DNA from: the human T2T-CHM13v2.0 reference genome, Homo sapiens
DNA length: 64,000 nt
Reading direction: 5' to 3' (one strand)
Assembly: GCF_009914755.1 (NCBI RefSeq)
Contig: NC_060937.1
The position numbers and the translations under genes are program-made. The stretch's first letter is position 1. Each line of letters opens with the position of its first letter. Of this stretch, positions 1-18,321 are shown in pieces. The notes under the pieces are model-generated. The model worked only from the letters and a program-made list of their open reading frames with translations, searched no databases and had not been told where the DNA came from.

Positions 1-189
1 TGCCTCAGCCTCCCGAGTAGCTGGGATTACAGGCTCCCGCCACCATGCCTGGCTAATTTTTGTATTTTTAGTAGAGACAGGGTTTCACCACATTGACCAG
101 GCCAGTCTCGAACTCCTGACCTCAAGTAATCTGCCTTCCTCGGCCTCCCAAAGCACTAGGATTACGGGCATGAGCCACCACGCCCGGCT
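1..189 (-). mobile_element. AluS element, cut by window start
   Basis: Reverse-complement Alu sequence (gcctcagcctcccgagtagctgggattacagg ... gagccaccacgcccggc). Confidence 0.95.
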
Positions 190-469
190 GTGTTTAAATG
201 ATTATTGATGTGGTGCCACGTGGAGTGGGAAAAGGGAGCGGCTGCTCTGTCTGAGCCTTCAGAAACCTCGCCTTAGCAGCAACAGCTGGGAATGAGCAGA
301 GTCTGCTAGGATCGCACCTCCGTGAAGGAGGGGTCTGAGCTAGGGCCAGATACCCGTAGGATCCTGATACTGCCTTCTCTTCTGCTTAGAGGACTATAAC
401 CATGTTATCCCAGAAATTGTGCATTAAAAACCATGAAGCTCCTCTCCCTGCCTCTAGACATGATACTTC

Positions 470-770
<301 letters not shown>

Positions 771-1004
771 TAGTGATACTTCTTATAATTACTCTTGGTG
801 CAGCCACCACATGACGGCGGAGGATGAGGAGGAAATAAGGAAGATCTCAAATAGGAACAAATAAGGAGGTCAAGGTGCAGGGCTAGAGGGAAAGAACATT
901 AGAAGCAAAGTATTCGGAAGGACCCTGACATAGAGCTGTGAAGGTTACATAATGACAGTGGTACTCATTAGGCGAATTTCAAATATTTGAACCCTCTAAA
1001 CTTA

Positions 1005-1325
1005 CAGGCACATGGTAGCATTGTGCTTCCCCCACCAATTTAAATTTTGTCTGTGTAATTTGCTTTAGCAATAAAATATGTGGGAAGTGATGCATATTTC
1101 ATATCTAGGTAGAAGCTTCAGGAAAGAACGCAGGCTTCCCTACATGCTCTCTCTCCAACATTTGAGAAAATGGCTGCTTCATCAGCCTGGGTCCCTGAAC
1201 AACTCCAATGAGCAACCTGTGACGGGCCTGTGGAAGGACTGTAAAATTAACTTTGTTGCTTTAAGCATCTGAGATTTGGGAGATGTGTGTTATTGCACTG
1301 TAACCTGACCAGGCCTGACTGATCC
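1005..1325 (+). mobile_element. Old MaLR LTR (MLT1H-K-like) fragment
   Basis: MLT1-type motifs tttgctttagcaataaaatatgtgggaagtga and terminal gcatctgagatttggg...taacctgaccaggcctgactgat. Confidence 0.6.
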
Positions 1326-1996
1326 TGAAGGAGCAGATAGAAGCTAAACAAAGGCTAAAAAAAGCAACATGATAAGAAAGAAAAGAGAAAGAAAGAATTG
1401 GTAATGAAAGAGAGAAAAGAGAGGTCAGGGAAGATATGGAGAAAAGGAGGGAGCAAAAGGGACTGTAAGAGGCAAGAGAGAGGATGATGAGAAGAAAGAG
1501 AAAAGTGTCCAAGGAAAAAGAACCTAGGTGTCTGAGGATGCAGGTGCCCAGTAGCTTGCAGTGATAACTTGCCATATGAAGTGAGGGCATGGGCCTTGAT
1601 GTTAACTGCATACTTTATTTCATAACTAGTTGGCAGCACGTATTCTGTTACTTATTCCTCAAGCTATATATTTGAAGCCATCATTATTTTTCCGTTGAAA
1701 AAAGCTAAAAGATATGGGCATTGGATGGTGTTTGGAACTGCACAGTGTAACTATATTATGAAATAATAGTTTGTTGCAGAAAAGAGCCTGCCAAGTGGTC
1801 TAGTTCTGAGTTCTTGAGCCCTTGCCCTCTGGTGCTATAAGGCTTCTTCCTGGTTCCCTCAGGGGCTGCTCCCTGAAACAAGGCAAGGCAGACCAAGCAG
1901 TTGATCTACCTTGATTCTCACCTGAGCAGTTGCATTTTTATTGGATGTGTATAGCAGGCTTCCATGTCAGGTTTTACTTGCAGACAGGGTTCTACT

Positions 1997-2332
1997 CTTT
2001 TCTTTTCTTTTCTTTTCTTTTCTTTTCTTTTCTTTGAAACGGAGTCTCACTCTGTCACCAGGCTGGAGTACAGTGGTGTGTGGCATGACCTTGGCTCACT
2101 GCAACCTCCACCTCCCTGGATCAAGCAATTATTCTGCCTCAGCCTCCCGAGTAGCTAGGACTACAGGCGTGTGCCACTACAACCGGCTAATTTTTTTTTT
2201 TTTTTTTAATATTTTAGTAGAGATGGGGTTTCACCATGTTGGCTGGGATGGTCTTGATCTCCTTACCTCGTGATCCTCCCGCCTCGGCCTCCCAAAGTGC
2301 TGGCATTACAGGCGTGAGCCATCGCGCCCAGC
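1997..2332 (-). mobile_element. AluSc-like element with (TTTTC)n tail
   Basis: Antisense Alu with tgtcacc-aggctgg 1-nt deletion and ggatggtcttgatctc...cctcgtgatc; TSD-like ggttctact on both sides. Confidence 0.92.
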
Positions 2333-4404
2333 AGGTTCTACTTTCTAAAAGAGTTTTGCCAACAACAGATCCAGTCTATTGTGAACAAAAACCCCACAAC
2401 ACTTCACTAACATTCCATCCAAGCATTAGGCATGAACATATGTATTTGTTCAGAATGAAATGAGGTTTGTAGCTTACAAATATTACCTATGAATGAAAAA
2501 TGAGCACAGAAAGAGTGCTGTTGGCCAGGGATCTCACTTGATTGGTGGGCTTTCAGAAAGCACACTGGGGAACAAAAGACCTATGGAGAGGATTGTATGG
2601 AAGGAAGGACCTTAATCTTGTGGGGATAATTGAGACAGAAAAATTGCCTGAAGCTCTGACTTTAGAGAAGCCTTTCCCCTGTTCAGAATCCAAAGCCACA
2701 TTCTAGAATATTCATTATAATGCATGGCTATTCTTCCCTCCTACCCAAAGCCAAAAAGCAGCTATCTGGGATGCTCAGGATGTGTTGTTCCCAGGTGACC
2801 ATGGCCAGTGACCCAACAAGAGCACTGATGGATGAGGTGGGCAAAACCAAATAGAAGCCCTGCAGGCTACTTCTGGCTTGGATGTTTCCCTCTCAAGAAA
2901 AACCATACTGCCATCCCTCAGTTGAAAAGGCAACTCCCATTGGATCTGTCTGTGAATGGCATGGGGGGTTCCTGCTATGCTATGGACCACAGCAGACCTC
3001 TTTTTGTTTTGTATACTTTGGTAGGAATATGGCAGAGGTCAACAGTATCTGGAAGAGAGTGTTAGATACAAGATTACATTGGAAACAGAACATAATGGCA
3101 GTTATCCAAACAGAGACAAGAACAGCATCTGGAAACTTGAAAAGGTTAATGAACTACTATGGTTGGCTCTCTTGCTCCTTTGGTTGCTGGAAAAGTAGGC
3201 AGGTTGCAGGAAGCATGAGAAGTACTGAACAGTATTTGTGCTGAATGCACTGTCTGTTCACTTTATATTATTCCAGACATAGATACTTAGAGGAATGTTT
3301 TTTCTCTGTCGATTGGTGAGATTTTTAAGTTCAAAATGTATGAAGGTAATTTGAGCTGTGTTTATAGAATGTATGTTCATATTGGCAGTTGTCCTTACCT
3401 CTGTTTCCATAATCATTCCTCCCCACCAAGCACTGTAACTTTGGCTGAGTGTAAAGCAATAGTCCACCAGTGGCTAGGAATGGTCCTGCTTTGATCATCT
3501 GGAATGATTTTTTTTTTACCTACTGACTAAATAAAGAAATGCTCATATTTACCTGATTCTTCATCTTGTAAATGAAATAGTACATTTCACATCCATTTCT
3601 CATGTTGTTTAAAGTTTAGGAGATATTTGGTATTGTAAAAATATAATAGAGCCAATGAAAATGACAGCTTTCTAAGTCCTTAAAATCTAGGGAGGAAAGA
3701 AATAGCATTACAGCCAGAGTCCGTGTAGGTATCCAGGAAGGATGGCATTGAGCTGACACAGTGGAGATGCAGATCTTGGTTTACCTGATGTCCAAGGCTT
3801 GTTTTCATGAGGATAAAAGAAGAAATTCATGGTCTGAAGGCAAGAGAGGCAGCTGATTGCAAATAAGGAGGTAAGAAAGTGGGTTCCAGAGTTAGGGGGC
3901 AGTAATAAAAGACAAGACACAGAATGCAGGAGCAGGAGAGTAGTGGGAAGAGGAAGGCGGGGGACGTCCTGGCTCCTGGCAGCAAAGGGAGGCAACTAGA
4001 AATGGCAGCAGAGTCAGACGCCAGTCAATGCTCTGTTCACCCTGAGCTGCCAATGTACAGGTTTGCCCTTGGAAAGAAGAGGAGTCGGCATGGTTAAGGA
4101 TACATGGTTGAGAAAGAAGATGCTGAGCGACCGGTTACATAAGAGGAAAAGAATAACAAAGCACAGTAAACTCCTGACATAGACAAGTGTTTATTCACAA
4201 TGTCCAGTTGAGACCTCTGGGAAGGAAATTTCAAAAAATAGAGGCTTCTTGTATGATTAGCAAATGTTCTGCCTAAAAAGGTAGCTCTGCATTTCTTAGC
4301 TGAGACAATTCTGCCTGTAGGACCTGAGAAGAAGGACAACCTCTGTTAGAGTGCTTTTCTTTTTTTTTTCAATTTGGTAAGGCCCAGAGAACTATTAAAA
4401 CAAC

Positions 4405-4685
4405 CCATGGTTACATACCATTCATTATATATTTGTCCAAACCCACAGAATATACAACACCAAGAGTTAGCCTTTATGTAAACGATGGACTTTGGGTGAT
4501 AATGATGTGTCAATGTAGGTTCATCAGTTGTAACAAATGTACCAGTCTTTTGGGGGATGCCAATAATCAGGGGAGGCTATTCATGAGCAGGGGCAGAGAG
4601 TGTATGGGAAATTTCTGTACCTTCTGCTCAATTTTGCTGTGAAACGAAAACTACTCTAAATAAAGTCTATTTAAAAAGAAAAAAA
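4405..4685 (+). mobile_element. L1MC-type 3' end fragment
   Basis: tgtccaaacccacagaatatacaacaccaagag...ggactttgggtgataatgatgtgtcaatgtagg...aataaagtc followed by A-rich tail. Confidence 0.8.
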
Positions 4686-5549
4686 TGATCATGCAGACTA
4701 AGAGGCAGCATCATAGAAAAGACAAATCACCATTATTGTCTTCCATGGGAAATATCAATATATTTATGCTAAGGTATACCTTGTATTTTCAGAGTTAGTG
4801 AATGTCGTTCATAAGATGTGATGGAATCCAAAATGAAATTCCGTAGTAATAATTACTGGTATTCAAAGTAAAAGTGGGTTAATTAGTTCTATTCCTAGGG
4901 TGAATACATACATGTACATTTGCGTATGCACTAACATACACATACTTGTACACATGCATACACACAAGAACATTTCCATTTCACAAAAATGCCTAGACAG
5001 GAGCAGAGGCTCCAACTCAACTCTGAACTTGGGGACTTTCCACGCAATATGTTTGCTGTGTGTGTAGATTTGGTGAAACAAGCCTGTGCTGAAGCCAAGA
5101 TCCACTGTGGCTGTGGCTGTTTATCTTGGAGATGCAGGGCTTTGCCAGTGAACTGTGTGGGTGTAAAACAGAGGGGAGAGAAAGTGATAGGACAAGATTC
5201 AGCCTTGGCAGCCATTACGGAAGCGTAACATTATGCTTCCTAAGGTACCTTCTCACTAGTGATTAAATGATGATATGTTCGGGCTTCAGATGGAAGTTTA
5301 ATACCTTGTCTTAAGTGAAGTGCTCCTGGAGCTCCTGGAGACAAATTCATCTGCTTTCTCGTACACTGCGCATGCTTAGTAAATATTTAATGTCAACTCT
5401 GCATCTTCCTCAGGTTCACTAAGTCGTTCTCTGCTTGCTAGAGAGCAGCCCCAGTGCTCCCCTAAAACCTCATTGGGCTATAGCTTCACAAGTAGCCACC
5501 TTGGTATGACTCTAGCTGACTAGGGGCAGACATGCTACCCACAGTCATA

Positions 5550-5770
5550 GCCAATAATAGCAAACACTTAAGAAGCTTATGAGTTAGCTGTGGGCTAAGA
5601 GCTTTGCCTCCTTTTTTACCTACTTTTACAGCAGCTTAAACAGGTAGTTCTTATTATTACCTCCAATTTACAGAAGAGAAGGAAGAGGTTTAGAGAGGGT
5701 CAGCTGCCCAACACAAACTAATACTAGAACTTGGTGGAGCAGAGGTTGGGACCTGCAGATTTCTAACTCC
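5550..5770 (-). mobile_element. MIR fragment
   Basis: Diverged MIR core: ttattattacctccaatttacagaagagaaggaagaggtttagagagg. Confidence 0.6.
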
Positions 5771-6720
5771 AATTGTGTAGACTTAGATCATGGACAGACA
5801 GCTTACTCTTCCACCCCTACAGTTTTTTCTAATGGCATCATTTGTCTGTTTTGGTTCCCATATTTGAAAGTTATTTCCTAAGAGGGCAGATGCCTCTCCC
5901 TCCTCTCTCTGCAGGGGAGTCGTTCTCCCAGAAGCGAAATTAGGAAATCCATTGAATGATTGGCCTAAAACACCCCCCCATATCACACACCACAAAATCA
6001 CCTGAGGGTCAGGGCTGACAACTTAGAACGGGTTTTCCAATTGTGCTCTGGCACTGCATGGCTGCCTGCAGCAACAGGCGTGCTTTTGTCTCAGAAATTG
6101 TTGCCAATCTCGTAACTAAAAATGGAGAGTTTTTCCAATCCACAGTAATCAGCCATCCTACACTCACTGCTGGTGGGTGCACAGAACACAGAATAAAAGG
6201 AATCAGCAAGGCTTTCTACTTGCCCACCATATGTTTACGTTAAGTGATCTGCCCAGTAATGCCATTTGTTCTTCAGAGTTATCCATGCTGAGATGCCTCC
6301 TCACTTTTTGGAGCTGAAAAGCCGAATTTAACAAGATGAATGGTATGACCCTTGAGGCTACATGAAGCAGGAGCAAGATTATCTATTTCTCAATTGCCAA
6401 GTACATTCTAACGAGTTTTTAGACCTACAGGTCATGGGTCAAAGCCACATGGTCTCTTCAGGTTGGCCTGATACATGAAAAATTTTCTAAGACAAAAAAT
6501 AACATGTATTTTACAAAGGCCAATAAGAGTAAAATTTCAGGAAGTTAAAGAGTTACCAAGTTTATAGCAGTTGGTGAAGACTTGAATATAGTCAGGCAAA
6601 TGCTTACCTATACATGAGGACTTCATTTTCACTCAATGCGGTTCTCACCTGCCCTCAGTTGCAGTCTTGACCAACAATTGGGGCTGTTTATGCCTGGCCT
6701 GACAAAGCTACGAGTTATTG

Positions 6721-6845
6721 TTAGAGACGAGATCTTGCCATGTTGCCCAGGTTGATCTCAAACTCCTGGCCTCAAGTGATCCTCTTGCCACTTGCCTTAG
6801 CTTCCCGAGTATTTGGGATTACATCTGTCAGCCACCATGCCTGGC
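6721..6845 (-). mobile_element. FLAM / Alu left monomer
   Basis: Antisense monomer: cttgccatgttgcccagg...ctcaagtgatcctc...gccaccatgcctggc. Confidence 0.85.
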
Positions 6846-7489
6846 AAAGTTATTAACTGTAGTTCAAGACAGGTAACCTTGACTGTGGGGCTGCCCAGGG
6901 CCCAGGGAAGTCAGAGTATTTCTGAACTATTCAGGACTTTTGGCCTGCCCCTAACACAACATCCTCCTTTCAGTTAGACTTTTGGATAGAAAAGGCAGAT
7001 TGACCTTGCATTTTCAAGGTCAATCTTGAAACTACTCAAGCTCCCTCAAACTACTAAAAGGACTATAAGAGGTTAAAAAAGACAGAAACCCTCAACAAAG
7101 AGGAGCAGGGGCAACAGAAGCCTAACTTTGCAAGTTGGAAAGCAGGTGGCTGAATGGTCACTGCCTTGGCAGATCCCAGAAAGCTGAAATCTAAGCTATC
7201 AGTGGGTGAAGCCAGGAAGCAAACTGAATTGCACTTCAGAAACCAGGAATGGCGGTGGCAGATGCTTTTCAAAGCGGGGGTGAAAAGGGGGCTGCAAATA
7301 GGGGATGATTTAAAAGTATATTTAAAATACAGTAAAACCCTGGATTCCCTCTCTCACTCTATACAACCCTGTGATCATGTTTCCTTTCCCCAACCCTGGC
7401 AGATGATGACAAGTATATTTCTTCAAGGAGGTTAAAAAAAAGAGGGGTTCTAGCATGGGAAAACACCATACACAGCAGATATAGTGTGT

Positions 7490-7695
7490 TCGGTGGTGCT
7501 CTGCGTATGTTTCACTATCAGCTTGGAAGCTGGGAAGCAACTAGGGCTCTAATTTGTAGTCATTGCCAATTGCAGTGGTGTAAATACTCCCACCAAAGCT
7601 AATTTCAAATGGACAGCATAAAGTCTCTGGTCATGGAGTTGGGAAGAGATGCACACAATCAGCTTTTTGTGAGCCTGTGCAAACTGGTTTCAAGT
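7490..7695. mobile_element. MER63-like hAT DNA transposon inserted in HAL1
   Basis: ggtgtaaatactcccacc...atttcaa...ggagttgggaagagatgcacacaatcagct matches remembered MER63 consensus. Confidence 0.65.
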
Positions 7696-9331
7696 TTCAG
7701 GTTTGATGAAAATAGAGAAATTAAATGGAAGTTTACACACCAAACTATCAGACAGCCTCCATTTTCATCCCCCTTCTTTGTTTGATGCCCATGTTTAAGC
7801 AGCCAGGATAATACCTTTTAGGTAATAGGTTACAAGATTTTTCCCTGAAGAACCTGAATGGTTGGAGAAGATATGGGAGACCTGGAAATACTTATAGTAA
7901 TGAGTTACCCCATGAAATGCTCAGCCAGATTACAATATAGTATATTTCATCTAACAACAAGCCCACCTACAAAGATCTTCCAACAGCACTTTATCAGCCC
8001 ACTCATCTGTAAGCAGACAACCAAGGATGACCAGTAATTTTAGGAAATCTGCCAACCTGAAAGTCAGAGATGAAAATAAAGAGATAAAGAAATTTGAAAT
8101 TAAAAAAGACAATGCAGTGAGAACACTTCAAAAAGATTAATTACATTCATGAAACAAAGAAGATGAAGTCTTTTTAAAGGAACATTCAGAACATTCTTGT
8201 AAAAGGAATCTAGAGATTAAAAAATACGTACAAAAAAGGTAAAGCTTAATAGATGAGTTAGAAGATAGGGTTCAGAAAACCTTCTAGAATGGGGAAAAGG
8301 CAATAAATGAATGAGGGAAAAATATTTTTAAAATGTGGTGTTAATCCAGAAGGCTTAAAATCAAATGATAAGAGTTTCATAAAAAAAGAGAAAACAGAGA
8401 GGAAAAAAAATCCAAGAAATACAACAAATAAAATTTTGAAAAGTGAAGTACATGAGTTTTCACATTAAAAGTACGGCCAAGTGCGAACACAATGGATAAA
8501 AAAGGCCCAAGCCCCAAGCACATCATTCTTAAATTTCAAAATACTAGAGACAAAGAAAAAATTGTATAAAGCTTTCAGAAAGTAAAGAAATAATCAACAT
8601 TCAGAATAGCATCAGACTTCTCAATACCACACTGGAAAGAAGAGAAAAATAATCAATGCCTACCTTCAAAATTCTTAGGGTATGATTTCGAATACACTAT
8701 TCTATACCTAGCCATATCATCAATTAATTGAGAGGATAAAATAAAGACATTGTCAGACATTCAAGGTTCAAAAATTTTTCTTGCACCTTTCTTGCACCTT
8801 TTCTCAGGAATGTAATGGAGAATAAGATCCTCTCAAATGAGGGAGTATATCAAGAAAAAAGACACTGGATCCAAGAAACAAGTAATCAAGTACAGACAGG
8901 CACCAAGGGAATCTCCCAGGATGCTGGCAAAGAGAGGTCCCAGGATGACATCTCAGTGGTAAATCTAGAGAATATTAACTCTAGATTGGAGCAGGAAGAC
9001 AGAGCTCTGGAGAAATCTCTCAAAAAAGAAGAATAAATAGCAGACCTAATGTGTCTATATAAGAAGATTTACATTTCTGGTAAAGAGTTTGTACAATTAG
9101 CAATTGGCACATAGAAAACCAAGCAGCACCCCTCCAAATAAAAAAGTAAAAAATTACTAACTCCAGGGACATAAAAATGTAGTATAAGAAAAGAAATGTA
9201 ATAATAGTACATTACATGGCTCAGCTGTGAATAGTGTGTTCTTGACTCAGAGCAATGTAAAACACTGTCTCTCAATCCAAACATCATAATATAATTATGT
9301 AGAAAGAATGTGGAAAGAGGAGCACATGCAC

Positions 9332-9371
9332 GTGTGTTTGAGCGTGTGTGTGAGTGTGTGTGTGTGTGTGT
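9332..9371. repeat. Imperfect (TG)n microsatellite
   Basis: Visible TG dinucleotide run. Confidence 0.9.
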
Positions 9372-10318
9372 ATTTTCTTGGAGGGGGAAGAAGTGAAAAA
9401 TCAAAAGTTTAGTCTTCTATAAAGAGTTTAAAAATTAAGAAGAAACAGTGTAAGCAAATTATTTAGGTACATGTAGATATAATCCAAACAAATAGTTAAA
9501 AGTTAAGGTAGCTGGCAACAGGTGAGAAAAGATTGTTGGGATTTTTAAAAAATGAACCTCGTAGAACAATTTTCATTTTTAAGCTATGAACGCATGTAAT
9601 TTTGATTAAAAAGTAAATATACAGTAAGAAATAAAAAGACCATTTAGGAAAAAACAGAAAACCTTTTATAAGGCTACAATTATCTGTGAAGGTCTAACTA
9701 GTCTCAGAATGATTGGATCAAAGCATAATATGTACCTCTGGCAGCCACAAACCTTAAAGCACTGCACCCAGCCCAGAGTCCTGGTGCCCATTTACAAGGG
9801 GGAGAGAACAAAGTAGACAACTACTTGACCATGTCTACTTTACCAAGAGACTTCCTAAAATTTGGACAGTTTGTCAATGTGCTGGCTTCCAAACATGTTG
9901 TGCCTATAAATTTCTCCTATATATCACTCCTATCCTTTGACATGCTTCTATGTAGAAGAGACTTTCCAAACTCTCTTCCAATGATGAGTTTCTAAGTCTG
10001 TGCTATCCAGTAAATGTTAACTTTATGAATTGTTTCATGTAGTAATATTTCTGTAGGATAAATATTCTGCCAGACTGTGCAGTATGCTCAGGAATAAAAG
10101 GCATTCATTCACTCCTTCATTCATTCAACATTTCTGTCTAACATGTCTAGAAGTTGGGGAGACTTGGTAAGTGAAATAAACAGAATTTCTTCCTCTGGAA
10201 GCCCAAAGTCATAAAAGAGAATTTGATGTGTAAAAAAAGTTAGACTGGAGATGGACTGATTCTTCCCATTCTCATAAAAATTTTAAATAAGGCTTTTAGC
10301 TTTCACAGAGGCTTTTAA

Positions 10319-10628
<310 letters not shown>

Positions 10629-10825
10629 TACCCAGCTGATTTTTTAAACATATGGATTAGCAACAGGAGTACAAAAGAGGGAGTGATTAAATTCGTTTGG
10701 ATGATGCGGGGAAGGCAACACAAACTAGAATTTGAGTCTTACTCTGCCTTTATCCCTCATGTCTAGCAGAACTAGACACATAGTTGATACTATGTAAATG
10801 TTTCCTGAATAAATAAATGGTATAA

Positions 10826-10877
10826 GGATGGATGGATGGATGGATGGATGGATGGATGGATGGATGGATGGATGGAT
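10826..10877. repeat. (GGAT)n tetranucleotide repeat following an L2 3' end
   Basis: About 13 GGAT units just after L2-tail-like ctagacacatagttgatactatgtaaatgtttcctgaataaat. Confidence 0.95.
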
Positions 10878-11650
10878 AGACAAGCTGATTCAACTAAAAT
10901 TCACCTTGGCTGAAAGAGGTGATTCTAAGATTAGAGGGACCAATATTGAGTACTGCACAAATAGTATTGAGGAGGCGATGCTGAGAGTATTGGGGACTTT
11001 TTTGATTAAAAAACCTTTTGGACAGACCTATGACTCCTATGCAGTCAGAATTATGAGTAATCGTCCCTTCAACTGTGGTATGTTCAATTGTGAGATGAGC
11101 CCAAACTCCTGGGAGACCACGCTTTTTAAAAGAACTCATTTTTAGAGCTTTTTGTTTCCTTAGTTTAGATTTCAGGGAACCATGAAACTAATTACACACA
11201 TGGAGTTTGGAATTTTTTTGTAGCTATTTTCCATTGAGTTGGAAATATGTTTTCCATTCTCTCATTCTAAGTTGTTCTCTTTATCCATGGTTAATATATA
11301 TTTTTTATATCCAGGTTTTAAATAATTTTTTTTAGTCCCAAACCAAGTCTTGCTTCATTCATACTCACCCTTGTGTAATTCCAAGGTCATTATATTTACT
11401 GAGAAAAAAGTAATTTTCTTTTTTTTTTTTATTTTTTTTTTTATTATTATACTTTAAGTTTTAGGGTACACGTGCACATTGTGCAGGTTAGTTACATACG
11501 TATACATGTGCCATGCTGGTGTGCTGCACCCACTAACTCGTCATCTAGCATTAGGTATATCTCCCAATGCTATCCCTCCCCCCTCCCCACACCCCACAAC
11601 AGTCCCCAGAGTGTGATGTTCCCCTTCCTGTGTCCATGTGATCTGATTGT

Positions 11651-15489
<3,839 letters not shown>

Positions 15490-15537
15490 TTATTTTGCTC
15501 GTTCGTTGATGCAGTTTCTTCCTAGTCTCGATGGTCA

Positions 15538-16145
15538 TTACATTTTGGCATGATTTTGCAGTGGCTGGTACCGGTTGTTACTTTCCATGTTTAGAGCTTC
15601 CTTCAGGAGCTCTTTTAGGGCAGGCCTGGTGGTGACAAAATCTCTCAGCATTTGCTTGTCTGTAAAGTATTTTATTTCTCCTTCACTTATGAAGCTTAGT
15701 TTGGCTGGATATGAAATTCTGGGTTGAAAATTCTTTTCTTTAAGAATGTTGAATATTGGCCCCCACTCTCTTCTGGCTTGTAGGGTTTCTGCTGAGAGAT
15801 CTGCTGTTAGTCTGATGGGCTTCCCTTTGAGGGTAACCCGACCTTTCTCTCTGGCTGCCCTTAACATTTTTTCCTTCATTTCAACTTTGGTGAATCTGAC
15901 AATTATGTGTCTTGGAGTTGCTCTTCTCAAGGAGTATCTTTGTGGCGTTCTCTGTATTTCCTGAATCTGAATGTTGGCCTGCCTTGCTAGATTGGGGAAA
16001 TTCTCCTGGATAATATCCTGCAGAGTGTTTTCCAACTTCGTTCCATTCTCCCCATCACTTTCAGGTACACCAATCAGACGTAGATTTGGTCTTTTCACAT
16101 AGTCCCATATTTCTTGGAGGCTTTGCTCGTTTCTTTTTATTCTTT
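15538..16145 (-). pseudogene. L1 ORF1p C-terminal portion (RRM + CTD), lacks N-terminus and promoter
   Basis: KRPNLRLIGVPE...ARREWG...YPAKLSF...QNHAKM; 63-bp spacer to the ORF2 start. Confidence 0.95.
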
Positions 16146-16592
16146 GAAAAAAGTAATTTTCTTATGTTTAAAAAACACTATTGCTGTTACGGGAAAGCTC
16201 TCTGTTGTAACATTAATTCTACGGTGAAAGAGCCTTCTGCAACAAAATGGTTGCCTGTCAAGCCAATTACATCATTTCAGCTGAGTTGTAAGAAAATTCC
16301 AAACTGCATTTTGCTCACCTTGTGAGCTGGCTGCTCTGTGCTTTCTGCAAAAGGCAAGAAGAAGCCCCTCCAATAAATCTCAGAGTGCTTTTGCTGAAAG
16401 GAATTTTTGCTGCAAGTTAAATATAAGTCCACTGAAACAGGATGCCACCTGCTTACTAGAAATTAAGAACAGATATGGCCTAATTTCTTTGCTTTTGTTG
16501 AACTGCATTTAGTTTGTACTTAACTCTTTGAAAACTCAGTATAGAAAATGAGGTGACACTAAATTTAAGTAGCTGGATTATGAGGCACCTAG

Positions 16593-16623
16593 ACACGCAC
16601 ACACACACATGCACACACACACA
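16593..16623. repeat. Imperfect (CA)n microsatellite
   Basis: Visible CA run. Confidence 0.85.
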
Positions 16624-17024
16624 TACCCATAAAATTAGGCAGGGAAGCCCATAAATTTGCTTTCAGTTACATGGCTACTCATCGCTTTGTTAGAGCTGAG
16701 CTAATCCATATTTATTGGCATTGGCTTTTCATTCTTAAGAATAAACTCCTTAGAATGAGAATCAGGAATTCTGGCTTTCCAAACTTGTTCTTATTAGCAT
16801 GGGTGCAGCCAGAGAGTTGTTGATTTTACAGCCTTCTGAAGAGGGATTTATTTTATTTCACTAATCAATAGTTTACTTCTTTAAACTTACATTTTTCTAA
16901 CACTATAGTTTGGGCAAAAGTGGAAAGAGTTAATTCTCAATTTTTCAGTTGAGATAGTGTCATGCCAAGTTCTGTCCAAGACTAAAGATGGAATTTTCTG
17001 TGGTTTTTTGAAGATATTTGTTGG

Positions 17025-17190
17025 TTGTCAAATTGTGGCCTATGGACAACAGCATCAGTTCACCTGGAAACTTTTAGAAATGAGGAATTGAAAGCTGAAA
17101 GTCCCACCTGAGACATACTGAAGCCCTTTATCTTCTTTTTGAGAAAATTCCAGGTGATTCATTTGCATAGTAAGGTCTGAAAAGCACTGG
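17025..17190. mobile_element. MER5A-like hAT-Charlie DNA transposon
   Basis: cagcatcagttcacctggaaacttttagaaatg...ccaggtgattcatttgcatagtaaggtctgaaaagcactg. Confidence 0.7.
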
Positions 17191-17948
17191 TTTGGATGTT
17201 GTCTTTTACTGAAGCCAACACAGAATGGTTCCCAATGGCATTTAGCATTGAGAGGAAATTCAATCCCGCTGGAGTGCATACTCTGGTGGCTAAGAGCTCA
17301 GCACCTGCTTTTGCCCACCACCTCTACAAGCTTTGGGGTCCATTCTCATTGCTTACCCATTAGAATCATCATCTCAAATTTTTTTGCAGCTACATTGAAC
17401 CTCACCATTGAGGGTAAGGATAGTCTTTGAGTAGTTTCCATGCCAGGGTTGGACTTCAAGTCTGAAACTCCCAGAACATGTTGGAACTTCCAGCTATTCT
17501 AGTGACTTTTACTGTAGTGTGAAAGTCAAAGGTACTGCACTGCCCTTAGTGCAGTAACACCTTGGGCTCAGTTTCAGGATAAATTTATACAAACAACTCT
17601 GAGTATTCATTATAATTAATACTATAACTGTAATTTATGAATGAGCAGAAAGTTTAAGCATCACCTTGGAAGTGTCAAAAATACATATCTATCATAGAAT
17701 AGTATACTCTAGATGATCATGAATTATATCATCACACTGATAGAATATAAACATTCCTGAAATAACTGGGAACTTGAGAGCAGCTGACAAATGAGTGCTT
17801 GCCATGTCTTCAGTTGCCGTGAGCTGTACAGATTACCTAGAACTGGTACACACACTTGCATGGTGTTTGGGATTTATTTTTGAACACATAGTTATTTCTT
17901 ACAAAGATAAAAAATTTAATGCAGGATACAGGGTCTGAGGAGTACATC

Positions 17949-18321
17949 TGTGTCAGTCCATTCTTGCATTGTTATAAGGAAATACCTGAGACTGGGTAAT
18001 TTGTAAAGAAAAGAGGTTTAATTGGCTCGTGGTTCCACAGGCTCTACAGGAAGTACAGTAGCATTTGATCAGATTCAATCATGGAGGACAGCAAAGAGGA
18101 AGCTGACTGGCGTAGGAGGAAGAGGAGAGAGAAGGTGGGGAGGTGCTACACACTTTTAAATAACCAGATCTCATGATAACTCACTCACTCTCACGAGAAT
18201 AGCACCAAGGGAGAAATGCGCCCCTAAGAGTCAATCACCTCCCACCAGGCCCCACCTCCAACATTGGGGATTACAATTTGACATGAGATTTTGGGCAGGG
18301 ACACAGACCCAAAGCGTATCA
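17949..18321 (-). mobile_element. MST (MSTA/B) MaLR solo LTR
   Basis: TG...CA termini, MST-type body, 5-bp TSD ACATC (17944-17948, 18322-18326). Confidence 0.9.

Larger units (their letters stand above)
7040..9640 (+). mobile_element. HAL1-like (half-L1) element, degenerate ORF1-type region
   Basis: A-rich decayed ORF1-like DNA (cacatcattcttaaatttcaaaatac; gcatcagacttctcaataccacactggaa) followed by HAL1-type 3' part (cccaggatg...ctagattggagcagga) with no ORF2 similarity. Confidence 0.7.

Noticed and set aside
8815-9036. 73-aa charged ORF
   Set aside because: Lies in the decayed HAL1 3' region; no evidence of exon structure.
9810-9841. 10-bp perfect inverted repeat aaagtagaca / tgtctacttt with 12-nt spacer
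   Set aside because: Real but short and isolated; no supporting context, so chance cannot be excluded.
10828-11145. ORF starting MDGWMDGW...
   Set aside because: Translation of the (GGAT)n microsatellite.
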